A stretch of DNA of 64,000 bases, taken from contig CAVPTG010000007.1 in NCBI GenBank assembly GCA_963708605.1, forward strand, positions 16,288-80,287. The letters are read 5' to 3'. Position 1 is the stretch's first letter. Each line of letters opens with the position of its first letter. The position numbers were made by a program, and so were the translations under genes. This DNA comes from Candidatus Dormiibacterota bacterium (GTDB lineage Bacteria; Chloroflexota; Dormibacteria; Aeolococcales; Aeolococcaceae). The notes beneath the pieces were generated by a model, which saw only the letters and a program-made list of their open reading frames with translations, had not been told where the DNA came from and searched no databases. Shown one piece after another: positions 19,608-27,316 of this stretch.

Positions 19608-19805
19608 ATGGGAAGGCTTCTGCGGCAGATCGGCATCGCGACGCTGATGACGGCCGTCGTCGTCGTGCCGATGGTTGTCTTGGGCCCGCGGCCCGCGCGT
19701 CCGGAACCTGACGTCATTGCACCTTGCCGTTCGCCCAACAGGTCGCTCGGATCGCCGCGCCCCCGACCTTCACGGCCACGCCGAAGCGCGCCAGCGCCCT
19801 CGTGA
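19608..19805 (+). CDS. Small single-TM protein, paralogous start to 19444
   Basis: MGRLLRQIGIATLMTAVVVVPMVVLGP...; CATGAT 7 nt upstream; C-terminus may be frameshifted. Confidence 0.5.
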   Translation: MGRLLRQIGIATLMTAVVVVPMVVLGPRPARPEPDVIAPCRSPNRSLGSPRPRPSRPRRSAPAPS

Positions 19806-19806
19806 G

Positions 19807-20355
19807 GTGAACCGGCTGCTCGCGGGTCTAGCCATCTCCGGAGCGGCGCTCGCGGCGGCGAGTTGCAGTCCTGGAGGCACGACGGTCAATAGCCCGTCGA
19901 CGCCCGACACATCGACATCCAAACCAGCCGCGGCGTCGGCTCACGTTGGCGCCACGCTAACGCTGAATGGCCTCACCTCCGAGAAGCTGCAGATCACCGT
20001 CGTGAAGCTGGTCGACCCAGCACCGCCGTCCAGCCAGTTCGAGGCCCCGCCGGCTGGCACTCGCGAGATTGCGCTCGAGATCCGCTACAAGAACATGGGC
20101 ACCGTGACCTACAACCAGAGCATCCTCACCGACATCACGGTGGTCGACAAGGGCTCACACGACTTCAGCGTCGATCTCGCCTACGACACCTCTGCCGGCC
20201 CTGGCTTTCCGAGCGACAACGTCGACATCGCGCCAGGCGAGACCGAGGACGGTTTCGTGCCCTTCCAGGTCGAGACGGCATCAGTGATCAGCGAAGTGAA
20301 AATTGGCCTCGACGAAGGCTTCGGGCCAGATACCGGCGAATGGCTGGTCCCGTAA
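19807..20355 (+). CDS. DUF4352-like lipoprotein
   Basis: Lipobox-like LAAASC; VGATLTL...KLQITV...YKNMG...IAPGETEDGFVPFQV Ig-like fold pattern. Confidence 0.75.
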   Translation: MNRLLAGLAISGAALAAASCSPGGTTVNSPSTPDTSTSKPAAASAHVGATLTLNGLTSEKLQITVVKLVDPAPPSSQFEAPPAGTREIALEIRYKNMGTVTYNQSILTDITVVDKGSHDFSVDLAYDTSAGPGFPSDNVDIAPGETEDGFVPFQVETASVISEVKIGLDEGFGPDTGEWLVP

Positions 20356-20415
20356 GGTCCAAACCCTGGCGTACTCTCAGGCTGTGGCGCAACGGATCTT
20401 TCAGAGGAGCGAGGA

Positions 20416-20649
20416 ATGACGTTCATCGAGATCGCGGGTAACAGGAAGGCGTGGGTCAACACGGATGCCATTGCGTCGATCGAGGAAGGCCCGGAGCACC
20501 ACGGCGCAATAGTGGCGCTGGCTGGTGGTGACCACTATCACGTCACCGATGGCGCCGATGCGGCACGGATCGCGGTCATCGAAGCGGCGAACGGCGGCAA
20601 ATCCATCCTCCTCCGTGATGAAAGCGTTGAGGCTGCGCCCGTCGAGTAA
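20416..20649 (+). CDS. Hypothetical protein
   Basis: GAGGA RBS; WVNTDAIASIEE small beta-rich domain. Confidence 0.6.
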   Translation: MTFIEIAGNRKAWVNTDAIASIEEGPEHHGAIVALAGGDHYHVTDGADAARIAVIEAANGGKSILLRDESVEAAPVE

Positions 20650-20725
20650 CGATCCTCAGCGCACGACCGACTTCCTAAGGGCGGGTCAATTGCGCAGTCA
20701 TCAGACGTGTACGGGTCTAAGCGAT

Positions 20726-21642
20726 ATGGCTATGACGACGGGTTCGACTGGGAACGCCAGATGGACGGTTGAGTTCGCGCGGCGACTTGCGCTCGTGCGT
20801 TACACGCTGCAGCTCGCTCAGGACCAAGCAGAGATCGCCATCCCCTCCACGCCCCGGCACTCCTGCTGATGCACGATGCCGCCGAACTCTTCCTCGTCCT
20901 TGTCGCCCAAGCATCGGACGCCGACGTCAAGAGCAGCATGGAGTTCCTGGCTTACTGGGACGTGATCGACACAAAGCTAGCGCCGGACCAACTCGGGCAC
21001 AAAGCCGAGATGGCTGCGATCAACAAGGCCCGTGTGGGGTTCAAGCACTCTGGTGTCATACCCAGCAGAGCCGAGATCCGACGCTTCGTTGCGATGACAC
21101 GCTCGTTCCTCGAGGACGCGACGCCGACCGTCTTTGGAGTTGCCCTCGATCAGGCGACGTTGGTCGACCTCGTTCCGTCCGCAGCAGTGCGCACTGCGCT
21201 CCAAGAGGCGGAGGCCGCAATCGCGGCAGGTGATGTGGCGACTGCCATGGGAAGGGCGCGGGTCGGATTCGAGTTGAGCTTGCGCGAAGACGATGAACGT
21301 GTCCGTCAGGCCACAGGCAGTCATCCACTCCGGATCACCGCCGCACATCTGCCCTCGGCCTTCTCGTTGAGCCTCCAGAAACTCCACGGCCAGTTCGGGC
21401 TGGCATGGGACGACCTGATCGCGGTAGTGAAGCGGACGGATGATGCCGTGCGCTTGATGGCGAAGGGCATCGATTACGCCGACTACATGCGCTTCGCGGC
21501 ACTCACGCCGCATCCCTTCTGGTCGTACGGACGCGACGAGCCGACTTTGATCAGCGGCGCCTCACAAGCCGCGGCGACGATCGACGACGCGCGCTGGGCC
21601 GTGGACTTCGCGATCCGCTCCGTGCTGATCGTCCTCGGCTGA
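20726..21642 (+). CDS. HEPN-like protein, candidate defence/toxin (frameshift near 20835)
   Basis: RRLALVRYTLQLAQDQ..HPLHAPALLLMHDAAELFL ... INKARVGFKH (R-x4-H). Confidence 0.55.
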
Positions 21643-21647
21643 GCGAT

Positions 21648-21671
21648 GAAGGTGTCAGGTTTGGGTGTCAG
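21648..21671 (-). repeat. Internal inverted copy of the tandem CTGACACC site pair
   Basis: Reverse complement CTGACACCCAAACCTGACACCTTC versus 24611-24633 CTGACACCCAACCTGACACCTTC. Confidence 0.85.
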
Positions 21672-21728
21672 ACGCGGGGCAACGGCACCTCGTGAATACG
21701 GGCCGGGTGAGTGTGTGAGACCCGCGCC

Positions 21729-22229
21729 TTAGCCGGCAGCGTCGATCCGTAGCGCGGCTTCGTGGAGCAGGGGGGTCGCGCCGCCCTGATAGAGCCCGTA
21801 CCTGATTTTGCTCTCGCAACCCGGACAGAGCTCGAGTTCCGCGGCAGCCATCTGGATCCCGATGAGCACCACCTTGTTGACCTCGGTGCGGAGTTCGTCG
21901 TTGATCTTCGTCTCCGGTTCCCACGCGCCAGCCTCGGAAGCCATCTTGGCGATGGTTGCAGCCTGACGAATCGCCTCGGCGTAGTAGGGCTGACCCTCAG
22001 CCGTCATGAGTGCGGCGCTGCGATCAAGCGCCTCCAGGAGCACATCATTCGGCCGGCGACCGCGCTCAACGAGTTTCGCGGGCAATGTGGTCATCGCGAC
22101 CCGGAGCTTGGCCTTGCGCCGGACGCGCGGCGCCTTGCCGCCGTGGAAGTCGCACACCGTGCCGCCGAGCATCGATTGACGTCCGCACTGCTGGCCTTGA
22201 CGATTCGTCGCGTGGCAGCGATCGCTCAT
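21729..22229 (-). CDS. HGGxSTG-like zinc-knuckle protein, putative terminase small subunit
   Basis: RCHATNRQGQQCGRQSMLGGTVCDFHGGKAP followed by a helical region. Confidence 0.6.
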   Translation of the reverse strand: MSDRCHATNRQGQQCGRQSMLGGTVCDFHGGKAPRVRRKAKLRVAMTTLPAKLVERGRRPNDVLLEALDRSAALMTAEGQPYYAEAIRQAATIAKMASEAGAWEPETKINDELRTEVNKVVLIGIQMAAAELELCPGCESKIRYGLYQGGATPLLHEAALRIDAAG

Positions 22230-22306
22230 GGGGTCTCGCTCATCTCATGGGGTTGTTCGGTCTGGCGGGGATGTCAGTAGTCTGAGGACGTCACGGCCTT
22301 GCGCTT

Positions 22307-23251
22307 TCATCCGACCGGTGGCACCGCTGCGCGCATCCGCTGAGTGACATAGCGGTCGTACGCGACGAGCGCCGCTTCGAATCGAGGTCGATCACGAAGG
22401 AACGTCGCATCTCGGATCGCCTCCTCGAGGTCTGCGAGAGGTCGATCGGCGAAGAAGATATCGGGTCGATCCCTGACGATCGCCCTGCGCCGGCGGAGTT
22501 CTCGGAGTGCGAGTATCGCCATTCGATCACTCCACGCCTCGTCGGTCGCCTGTGCGTGCTCCCTGCCCTTCTGCGCTGGCCGTCGGCGATGGTTTGCGCT
22601 CGGCGGTGGTCCTCGGCTTCCATCCACCCGGGTGGCAAACCTTGCCCTGATGGCTCTGGCACGCCGGCGACGCGTCGACACTCATCGATCGCGGTTCGCA
22701 TATCGACGTCCTTGGTCGGTTTCTGATCGCCTCCAGCATCCTCGGATGCGTCGTCGCCTCTGATCAGACTCTGATCTAAAGATCTGTTATCAGATCTGTT
22801 AAATAGGAACCGTAGGCGTTTCGTCCATGGTCGGTGGATGATTCGCCCATGGTTGAGGGACGGAATTACCACGGTCGAAGCCAGGATCGCCCATGGTCAC
22901 CTGGGCGGATCGCCCATAGTCACCGTGGGAGTTTCGACCATGGTTAGGGGAACTCCTGAACCGATCGATATTGTCGCGAAGTGCCTCGACGCGGATGCGA
23001 TATCTCGACGGATTGGATCGCGATGTGCCGCGCTGGTACTCGAGCTCACCGAGCCTTTCTAGGTCGTTGATCCCGAGGTTCGCAGTCTTGCGATCGAGCC
23101 GCGCCAGCCAGGCGATGCGGTCGAGCGACGCGTGCGTCCAGCCATTCTCGTTCCTGTTGCCGAGCGCCGCGATCGCCTGACCCACCAGGTAGGCGCGGTG
23201 CTGAGCGTTGCTGCGCGCTTGGAAGAGTTCGGTTGTCTTCCAATCGCTCAT
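22307..23251 (-). CDS. Phage-type replication initiator (N-terminal wHTH, iteron linker; frameshifted)
   Basis: ASLDRIAWLARLDRKTANLGINDLERLGELEYQRG...RYRI; repeats inside the gene. Confidence 0.65.
22759..22945. other. Putative replication origin: iterons plus AT-rich region
   Basis: CCAYRGT cores at 22825, 22847, 22869, 22891, 22914, 22938; AGATCTGTTA twice (22780, 22792). Confidence 0.7.
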
Positions 23252-23583
23252 TGCAGCCAGCCCTGAGCATCGAGGATCCGCAAGATGCGGCTCCATTGTT
23301 CCAGGTCGATGACCACGTAGGCGCTCGAGATGCTGGCGCGCCTGCGCTTGAAGATGACGCACCACCAGCGGGCGCCGGCGTTCTTCGCTTCCTTCTCGGC
23401 CTCGGCGACTGCGCGACCCATCTCCATGACGCCGGTGTTCTTGAGCTCCATGCAGACGTTCGGGATGCCGGCCACATCGCCGCGGTCGAGAGAGCCGCCC
23501 ATGACGCGCCGCTCCGCCTTGTCCCAGCCCTCCGCCCGGAGGTAAGCGATCACGTCGGCCTCGAATTTCGGCCCGCGCTTCAT
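23248..23583 (-). CDS. Phage Holliday-junction resolvase-like PD-(D/E)xK nuclease
   Basis: GPKFEADV...DRGDVAG...MELKN...FKRR. Confidence 0.75.
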   Translation of the reverse strand: MKRGPKFEADVIAYLRAEGWDKAERRVMGGSLDRGDVAGIPNVCMELKNTGVMEMGRAVAEAEKEAKNAGARWWCVIFKRRRASISSAYVVIDLEQWSRILRILDAQGWLQ

Positions 23584-23972
23584 GCCGGCTCGCCTGACAT
23601 GGCTTCGCGATACAGCTCGCTGAGACGCTCACGACTGACGCCAAGGGCCTCGGCGACTGTGACGAACGCCTCCGCAACTTTGACGTCAAGCCGTCCTCGA
23701 AGTTCGCAGCACCGCAACAAGCCAAGGACGACAGATGCGATCTCGCCGCTCGGCTCGAGGGCGCCATCTACCTTGAGTTCGGCCTGCCAAAGGGTAAGCG
23801 CGCCCACGGCAAGGCGAAACAGGCGGTCGTTCTCACGGACGGCAGCTGCGATCCGGTCGGTACGTTCTGCCGGGCCGTATATCCAGTCGGGATCCCAGTC
23901 CGGTCCGGGGGCAGCCTCGTCGTCCGTGGGATGATCGATGTGTTGATCGCGGTGGGCGGCGGCATCTTTCAT
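23580..23972 (-). CDS. Hypothetical protein
   Basis: ATGA overlaps on both sides. Confidence 0.65.
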   Translation of the reverse strand: MKDAAAHRDQHIDHPTDDEAAPGPDWDPDWIYGPAERTDRIAAAVRENDRLFRLAVGALTLWQAELKVDGALEPSGEIASVVLGLLRCCELRGRLDVKVAEAFVTVAEALGVSRERLSELYREAMSGEPA

Positions 23973-24193
23973 GTGGTGTCGCTGCCTCCCGGCCCTTTCG
24001 TCGACCGGAGCCGCTCGAGATACGCGCGGAGCGACGACTCGACGACACGCGTCGCCCGAGCGCCGAGGGAAACCGCCTCAAGCTCCCCGCGGCCAACCAG
24101 TCGCCACGCCTGGCGTTCGGAGATTCCGAGACGCCGCCCAGCCTCACCGACGGACACCAGCAGAGGGGGCTCGAGAACTGTATGGGTGTTCAT
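23969..24193 (-). CDS. Excisionase/AlpA-like HTH protein
   Basis: LLVSVGEAGRRLGISERQAWRLVGRGEL. Confidence 0.85.
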   Translation of the reverse strand: MNTHTVLEPPLLVSVGEAGRRLGISERQAWRLVGRGELEAVSLGARATRVVESSLRAYLERLRSTKGPGGSDTT

Positions 24194-24267
24194 CGCGACC
24201 TACCCTGCCAGTGGGTGCCTGTTGCCCCTACGCGGTGTGGAAATGGGCGCCAAGCCGTCGTCCATCG

Positions 24268-24516
24268 CTATCCGTGGTCGGGGAGTTCAGCCTGGACGCG
24301 CTCCGCGATATAGCTGCTGACACTGCTCGCCGGGATGCGCCGCAGCCGGCCGACGTGAATCGAACTGAGGTCGCCGGCGACGATCAACCTCCAGACGAAC
24401 GAGCGGCTGCAGCCGAGCATCTCGGCCACCTCCACATCACGCAATAGCCGGTCGGGCGCGGCCAGAGTTGGGGCGGTCGCTTCCAAAGGTTTGTCTCCTT
24501 GCGCTGCTGTGTGCAA
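24268..24516 (-). CDS. Excisionase-like HTH protein
   Basis: LLRDVEVAEMLGCSRSFVWRLIVAGDLSSIHVGRLRRIP. Confidence 0.85.
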   Translation of the reverse strand: MHTAAQGDKPLEATAPTLAAPDRLLRDVEVAEMLGCSRSFVWRLIVAGDLSSIHVGRLRRIPASSVSSYIAERVQAELPDHG

Positions 24517-24520
24517 CTAG

Positions 24521-24537
24521 GAGTTCCAGTAGAACTC
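24521..24537. promoter_or_regulatory. Inverted repeat upstream of the xis operon, possible operator
   Basis: GAGTTC-N5-GAACTC. Confidence 0.4.
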
Positions 24538-24610
24538 GGAAGCGTTACGACCGATCAACCCAAGCGTTGCTCGCCGCGCACCCGTGAATGGATAAAGACG
24601 CGAGCCCGAG

Positions 24611-24633
24611 CTGACACCCAACCTGACACCTTC
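24611..24633 (+). repeat. Tandem CTGACACC sites, putative arm-type sites (right)
   Basis: CTGACACC at 24611 and 24623, 12-bp spacing. Confidence 0.75.
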
Positions 24634-24739
24634 GTCAGTGAATGCGCCGCAACGCCGGTGGACGCGACAGGCTGTCTAGGCGCTTGTTTCGTATTCGGGA
24701 GACACTCTCTGCAACGTCTGTGGACGGTACAAACCGGAC

Positions 24740-24776
24740 TTTGCAGACCCGTGCCTTACCACTTGGCTACGTCGCC
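24740..24776. repeat. Right attachment core; displaced 5' half of tRNA-Cys
   Basis: 37-bp exact match to 9853-9889. Confidence 0.95.
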
Positions 24777-24844
24777 CCGTGACCTGGAATGCGCCATTGT
24801 CGCCGAAGAACCCGCGCGCGCCTCACCGAGGCCGCGGCATGGGG

Positions 24845-25393
24845 TCACGCCGCCGAAGTTTGCGCGGCACCGTCGGCACCCGGCTCGGGCGGCATCACGA
24901 ACCCGACCTCGAGCGCGCTTGCGAGAGCACGCAGGCGCGCGTAGAACCCCGCGGTGTGCGGCGAGCGGGGGAGGCGGAGGCCGGCGAAATCATGGTGGTG
25001 CTCCCATTCATGGAGCAGCGTGTTCAGGAAAACCTTGGTGCTGATGACCTGCTGGCGCACAGCCGTCTTGTGATAGATGCGGATGCGAGCGGTCTTCACG
25101 GCGCCCTCTGCAAACGTGCAGCGGTAGTAGCCGTAGGTCTTGCTCTGCAAACGCTGTCCGTTGTGTGAATGCACCTGGGCCCGATCGGCGACAACAAGGT
25201 CGCAATGGGGGAGACGCGCAAGAGCGTCGAGCTCGTCGATGAGAAGTTGTCCGAGCCGTTTGCGCTCCTGCGGATCCTCCGACGAGTCGATGATCCGCAG
25301 GGCGAGCCCACGCGCGATCGGACTTGGTTGCACGGGGAGCCCGGTGCTGCTCTGGCTCCGGCGATAGGTGGCATCGGGGCGGCGACCGAACAT
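24845..25393 (-). CDS. HExxH zinc metalloprotein, SprT-like
   Basis: FLNTLLHEWEHH...SPHTAGF; ATG 25393 downstream of TATACT. Confidence 0.65.
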   Translation of the reverse strand: MFGRRPDATYRRSQSSTGLPVQPSPIARGLALRIIDSSEDPQERKRLGQLLIDELDALARLPHCDLVVADRAQVHSHNGQRLQSKTYGYYRCTFAEGAVKTARIRIYHKTAVRQQVISTKVFLNTLLHEWEHHHDFAGLRLPRSPHTAGFYARLRALASALEVGFVMPPEPGADGAAQTSAA

Positions 25394-25482
25394 CTGCTCC
25401 AGGAGTATACGGCCGTCCTCGAGGGCGCAGCCCGGACAGTCGCGGCCGGGTCGAACGCGACCACGACCCATAGAATCCTGGT

Positions 25483-25567
25483 GCCGGGCTGGCGAAATGG
25501 CAGACGCGGCGGTCTTAAAAACCGCTGGGGGGAAACCCTCGTCCGGGTTCAATTCCCGGGCCCGGTA
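25483..25567 (+). tRNA. tRNA-Leu (TAA), CCA not encoded
   Basis: GCCGGGC/GCCCGGT acceptor, GCGGT-CTTAAAA-ACCGC anticodon arm, long variable arm, GTTCAATTC; TAGAAT at 25471. Confidence 0.93.
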
Positions 25568-25695
25568 TTGGTGCGCTCCCCGCTGCACCTTGTACTCCCT
25601 TCATGGACGCATAGTCTGGGGCCCACGGGGTTCTCCGTCCATGTTGGTTCGCTTGCGGACATACCGGCGCACGAGCGCGTGCAACAATCCCGGCG

Positions 25696-25950
25696 TTGAT
25701 CCTTTGCGGCCGTTGCGGGGCCGATCGCGTGATCCCGCTGACTTTCACCCCGCGCAGCCGCGATGACCGCCATCAGGGCGGCTGGCCCGACGCTCCTGGG
25801 CGACCCCGATTCAAGTGCCTCGAGTGCCGGAGCCATCTGGGTCGAGCGGGCATGGCCACGCGTCGCACCCCACAAAGGCCGCCGTCCAGCGCTATGCTCG
25901 CATCTCGCGCTCCGGGCCCTGCGGTCCGTGAGGTGGGTCCGTCGGGCTAA
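25696..25950 (+). CDS. Possible zinc-ribbon protein
   Basis: CGRCG ... KCLECR pairs. Confidence 0.35.
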   Translation: MILCGRCGADRVIPLTFTPRSRDDRHQGGWPDAPGRPRFKCLECRSHLGRAGMATRRTPQRPPSSAMLASRAPGPAVREVGPSG

Positions 25951-26038
25951 TGGACCCCGCGGTGCTTGATCCACATCGCACCGCCGCGTCACACCCCAGA
26001 CCGAGGCAGGGCGACTTTTGTGCATCATTCGTCCGCCC

Positions 26039-26149
26039 ATGGACACGAGGACGAAGCTGGTGATCGCTGTGCTGCTGATGCTGGTGCTCGCCTTCCTGGT
26101 CATCGGCGGCATCATCGCGATCGCAAGTCCGCCCAACGCATGTTGCTGA
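26039..26149 (+). CDS. 36-aa single-TM microprotein
   Basis: MDTRTKLVIAVLLMLVLAFLVIGGIIAIASPPNACC. Confidence 0.55.
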   Translation: MDTRTKLVIAVLLMLVLAFLVIGGIIAIASPPNACC

Positions 26150-26189
26150 TCTTCGTGTCGTTTGCCCTACACGAGGGAAATGCCAAGCC

Positions 26190-26543
26190 ATGTTCCTAGG
26201 TTTGCGAACCGTCATCTACCCGGCACCGGACCTGGCCGCTGCGAAGGCCTGGTACGCGGCGCTGCTCGACCAGGATCCGTACTTCGACCAGCCGTTCTAC
26301 GTCGGTTTCAACGTCGGCGGCTACGAGTTCGGACTCGACCCCAACGCTGACGTCGCCGTGGGACCGGTCGCGTACTGGGGCGTCACCAATGCCGACGAGG
26401 CCCTGGCTCGACTGGTCGCCGACGGCGCCACCGCGGAGAGTGCGGTGAACGACGTCGGCGACGGGATCCGCGTGGCGACCGTTCGCGATGAGGCCGGCAA
26501 TGTGCTCGGGATCATCGAGAACCCGCACTTCAAGCTCCCCTGA
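26190..26543 (+). CDS. VOC/glyoxalase family protein
   Basis: DLAAAKAWY, VAYWGV, DVGDGIRVATVRD..GNVLG. Confidence 0.88.
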   Translation: MFLGLRTVIYPAPDLAAAKAWYAALLDQDPYFDQPFYVGFNVGGYEFGLDPNADVAVGPVAYWGVTNADEALARLVADGATAESAVNDVGDGIRVATVRDEAGNVLGIIENPHFKLP

Positions 26544-27316
26544 ACGATCTCGCAACGCTGACCGCGCTGCTCGCGCGCGAAGGATTCATCGCGGCGGCTA
26601 GCGAGGCGGAGGAGTTGCTCGCATTCGCGGCGGGCGATCCGGCGCTGCTCGACGCGTCGGTTCGGCGCCGGCTCACCGGTGAGCCGCTGGCCTGGATCAC
26701 CGGGACCGTCGTCTTCTGCGACATCACCGTCCGCGTCGATCGTGACGTCTACGTCCCGCGATGGCTCAGCGAGCCGCTCGCGCGCAGAGCGGTGCAGCGG
26801 CTGCCCGCCACCGGGACCGCGATCGACCTGTGCACGGGATCCGGCGCGATCGCCGCGGTCCTTCGCGCCCATCGTCCGCACGCACGCGTCGTGGCCTCCG
26901 ACATCGATGCACGAGCGGTTGCGTGCGCTGCCCGAAACGGCGTCGATGTGTACCTGGGCGACCTCTTCAGCCCATTGCCAGCTGACCTTGCGGGTCAAGT
27001 CGACGTCGTGGTCAGCGTTGTCCCATATGTTCCAACGCCCGAGTTGCCGTTGCTGCAGCGGGATACCTTCGCCTTTGAGCGACCGCTTTCCTATGACGGT
27101 GGGACCGATGGCACCGACATCCTCCGGCGCGTCATCCGCGAAGGTCCGCGCTTCCTCCGTGACGGAGGTGCGCTCCTCCTCGAGCTCGGCGGCGACCAGG
27201 CGGGACTCCTCACCGACGAGCTCGTCCGCCTCGGTTACAGCGAGCCGGCGGTTCTCACCGATGAGGACGGCGACGTGCGGGGGATCGAGGCGACCTTCAG
27301 GCGGCGAACCGCCTGA
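26540..27316 (+). CDS. HemK/PrmC-like SAM-dependent methyltransferase
   Basis: RRLTGEPLAWITG, YVPR, DLCTGSGAIA, DGGTDG; frame stays protein-like back to CTG 26540. Confidence 0.8.
   Translation: MNDLATLTALLAREGFIAAASEAEELLAFAAGDPALLDASVRRRLTGEPLAWITGTVVFCDITVRVDRDVYVPRWLSEPLARRAVQRLPATGTAIDLCTGSGAIAAVLRAHRPHARVVASDIDARAVACAARNGVDVYLGDLFSPLPADLAGQVDVVVSVVPYVPTPELPLLQRDTFAFERPLSYDGGTDGTDILRRVIREGPRFLRDGGALLLELGGDQAGLLTDELVRLGYSEPAVLTDEDGDVRGIEATFRRRTA

Larger units (their letters stand above)
9853..24776. mobile_element. 14.9-kb integrative, phage-satellite-like element in tRNA-Cys
   Basis: Flanking 37-bp direct repeats, adjacent tyrosine integrase, Xis-like genes, replication initiator, phage-type genes. 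Confidence 0.9.

Noticed and set aside
22820-22945. Regular short repeats as a CRISPR array
   Set aside because: The period is only 22-24 bp, the repeats are degenerate and inside a gene, and no cas genes are present; they fit iterons.
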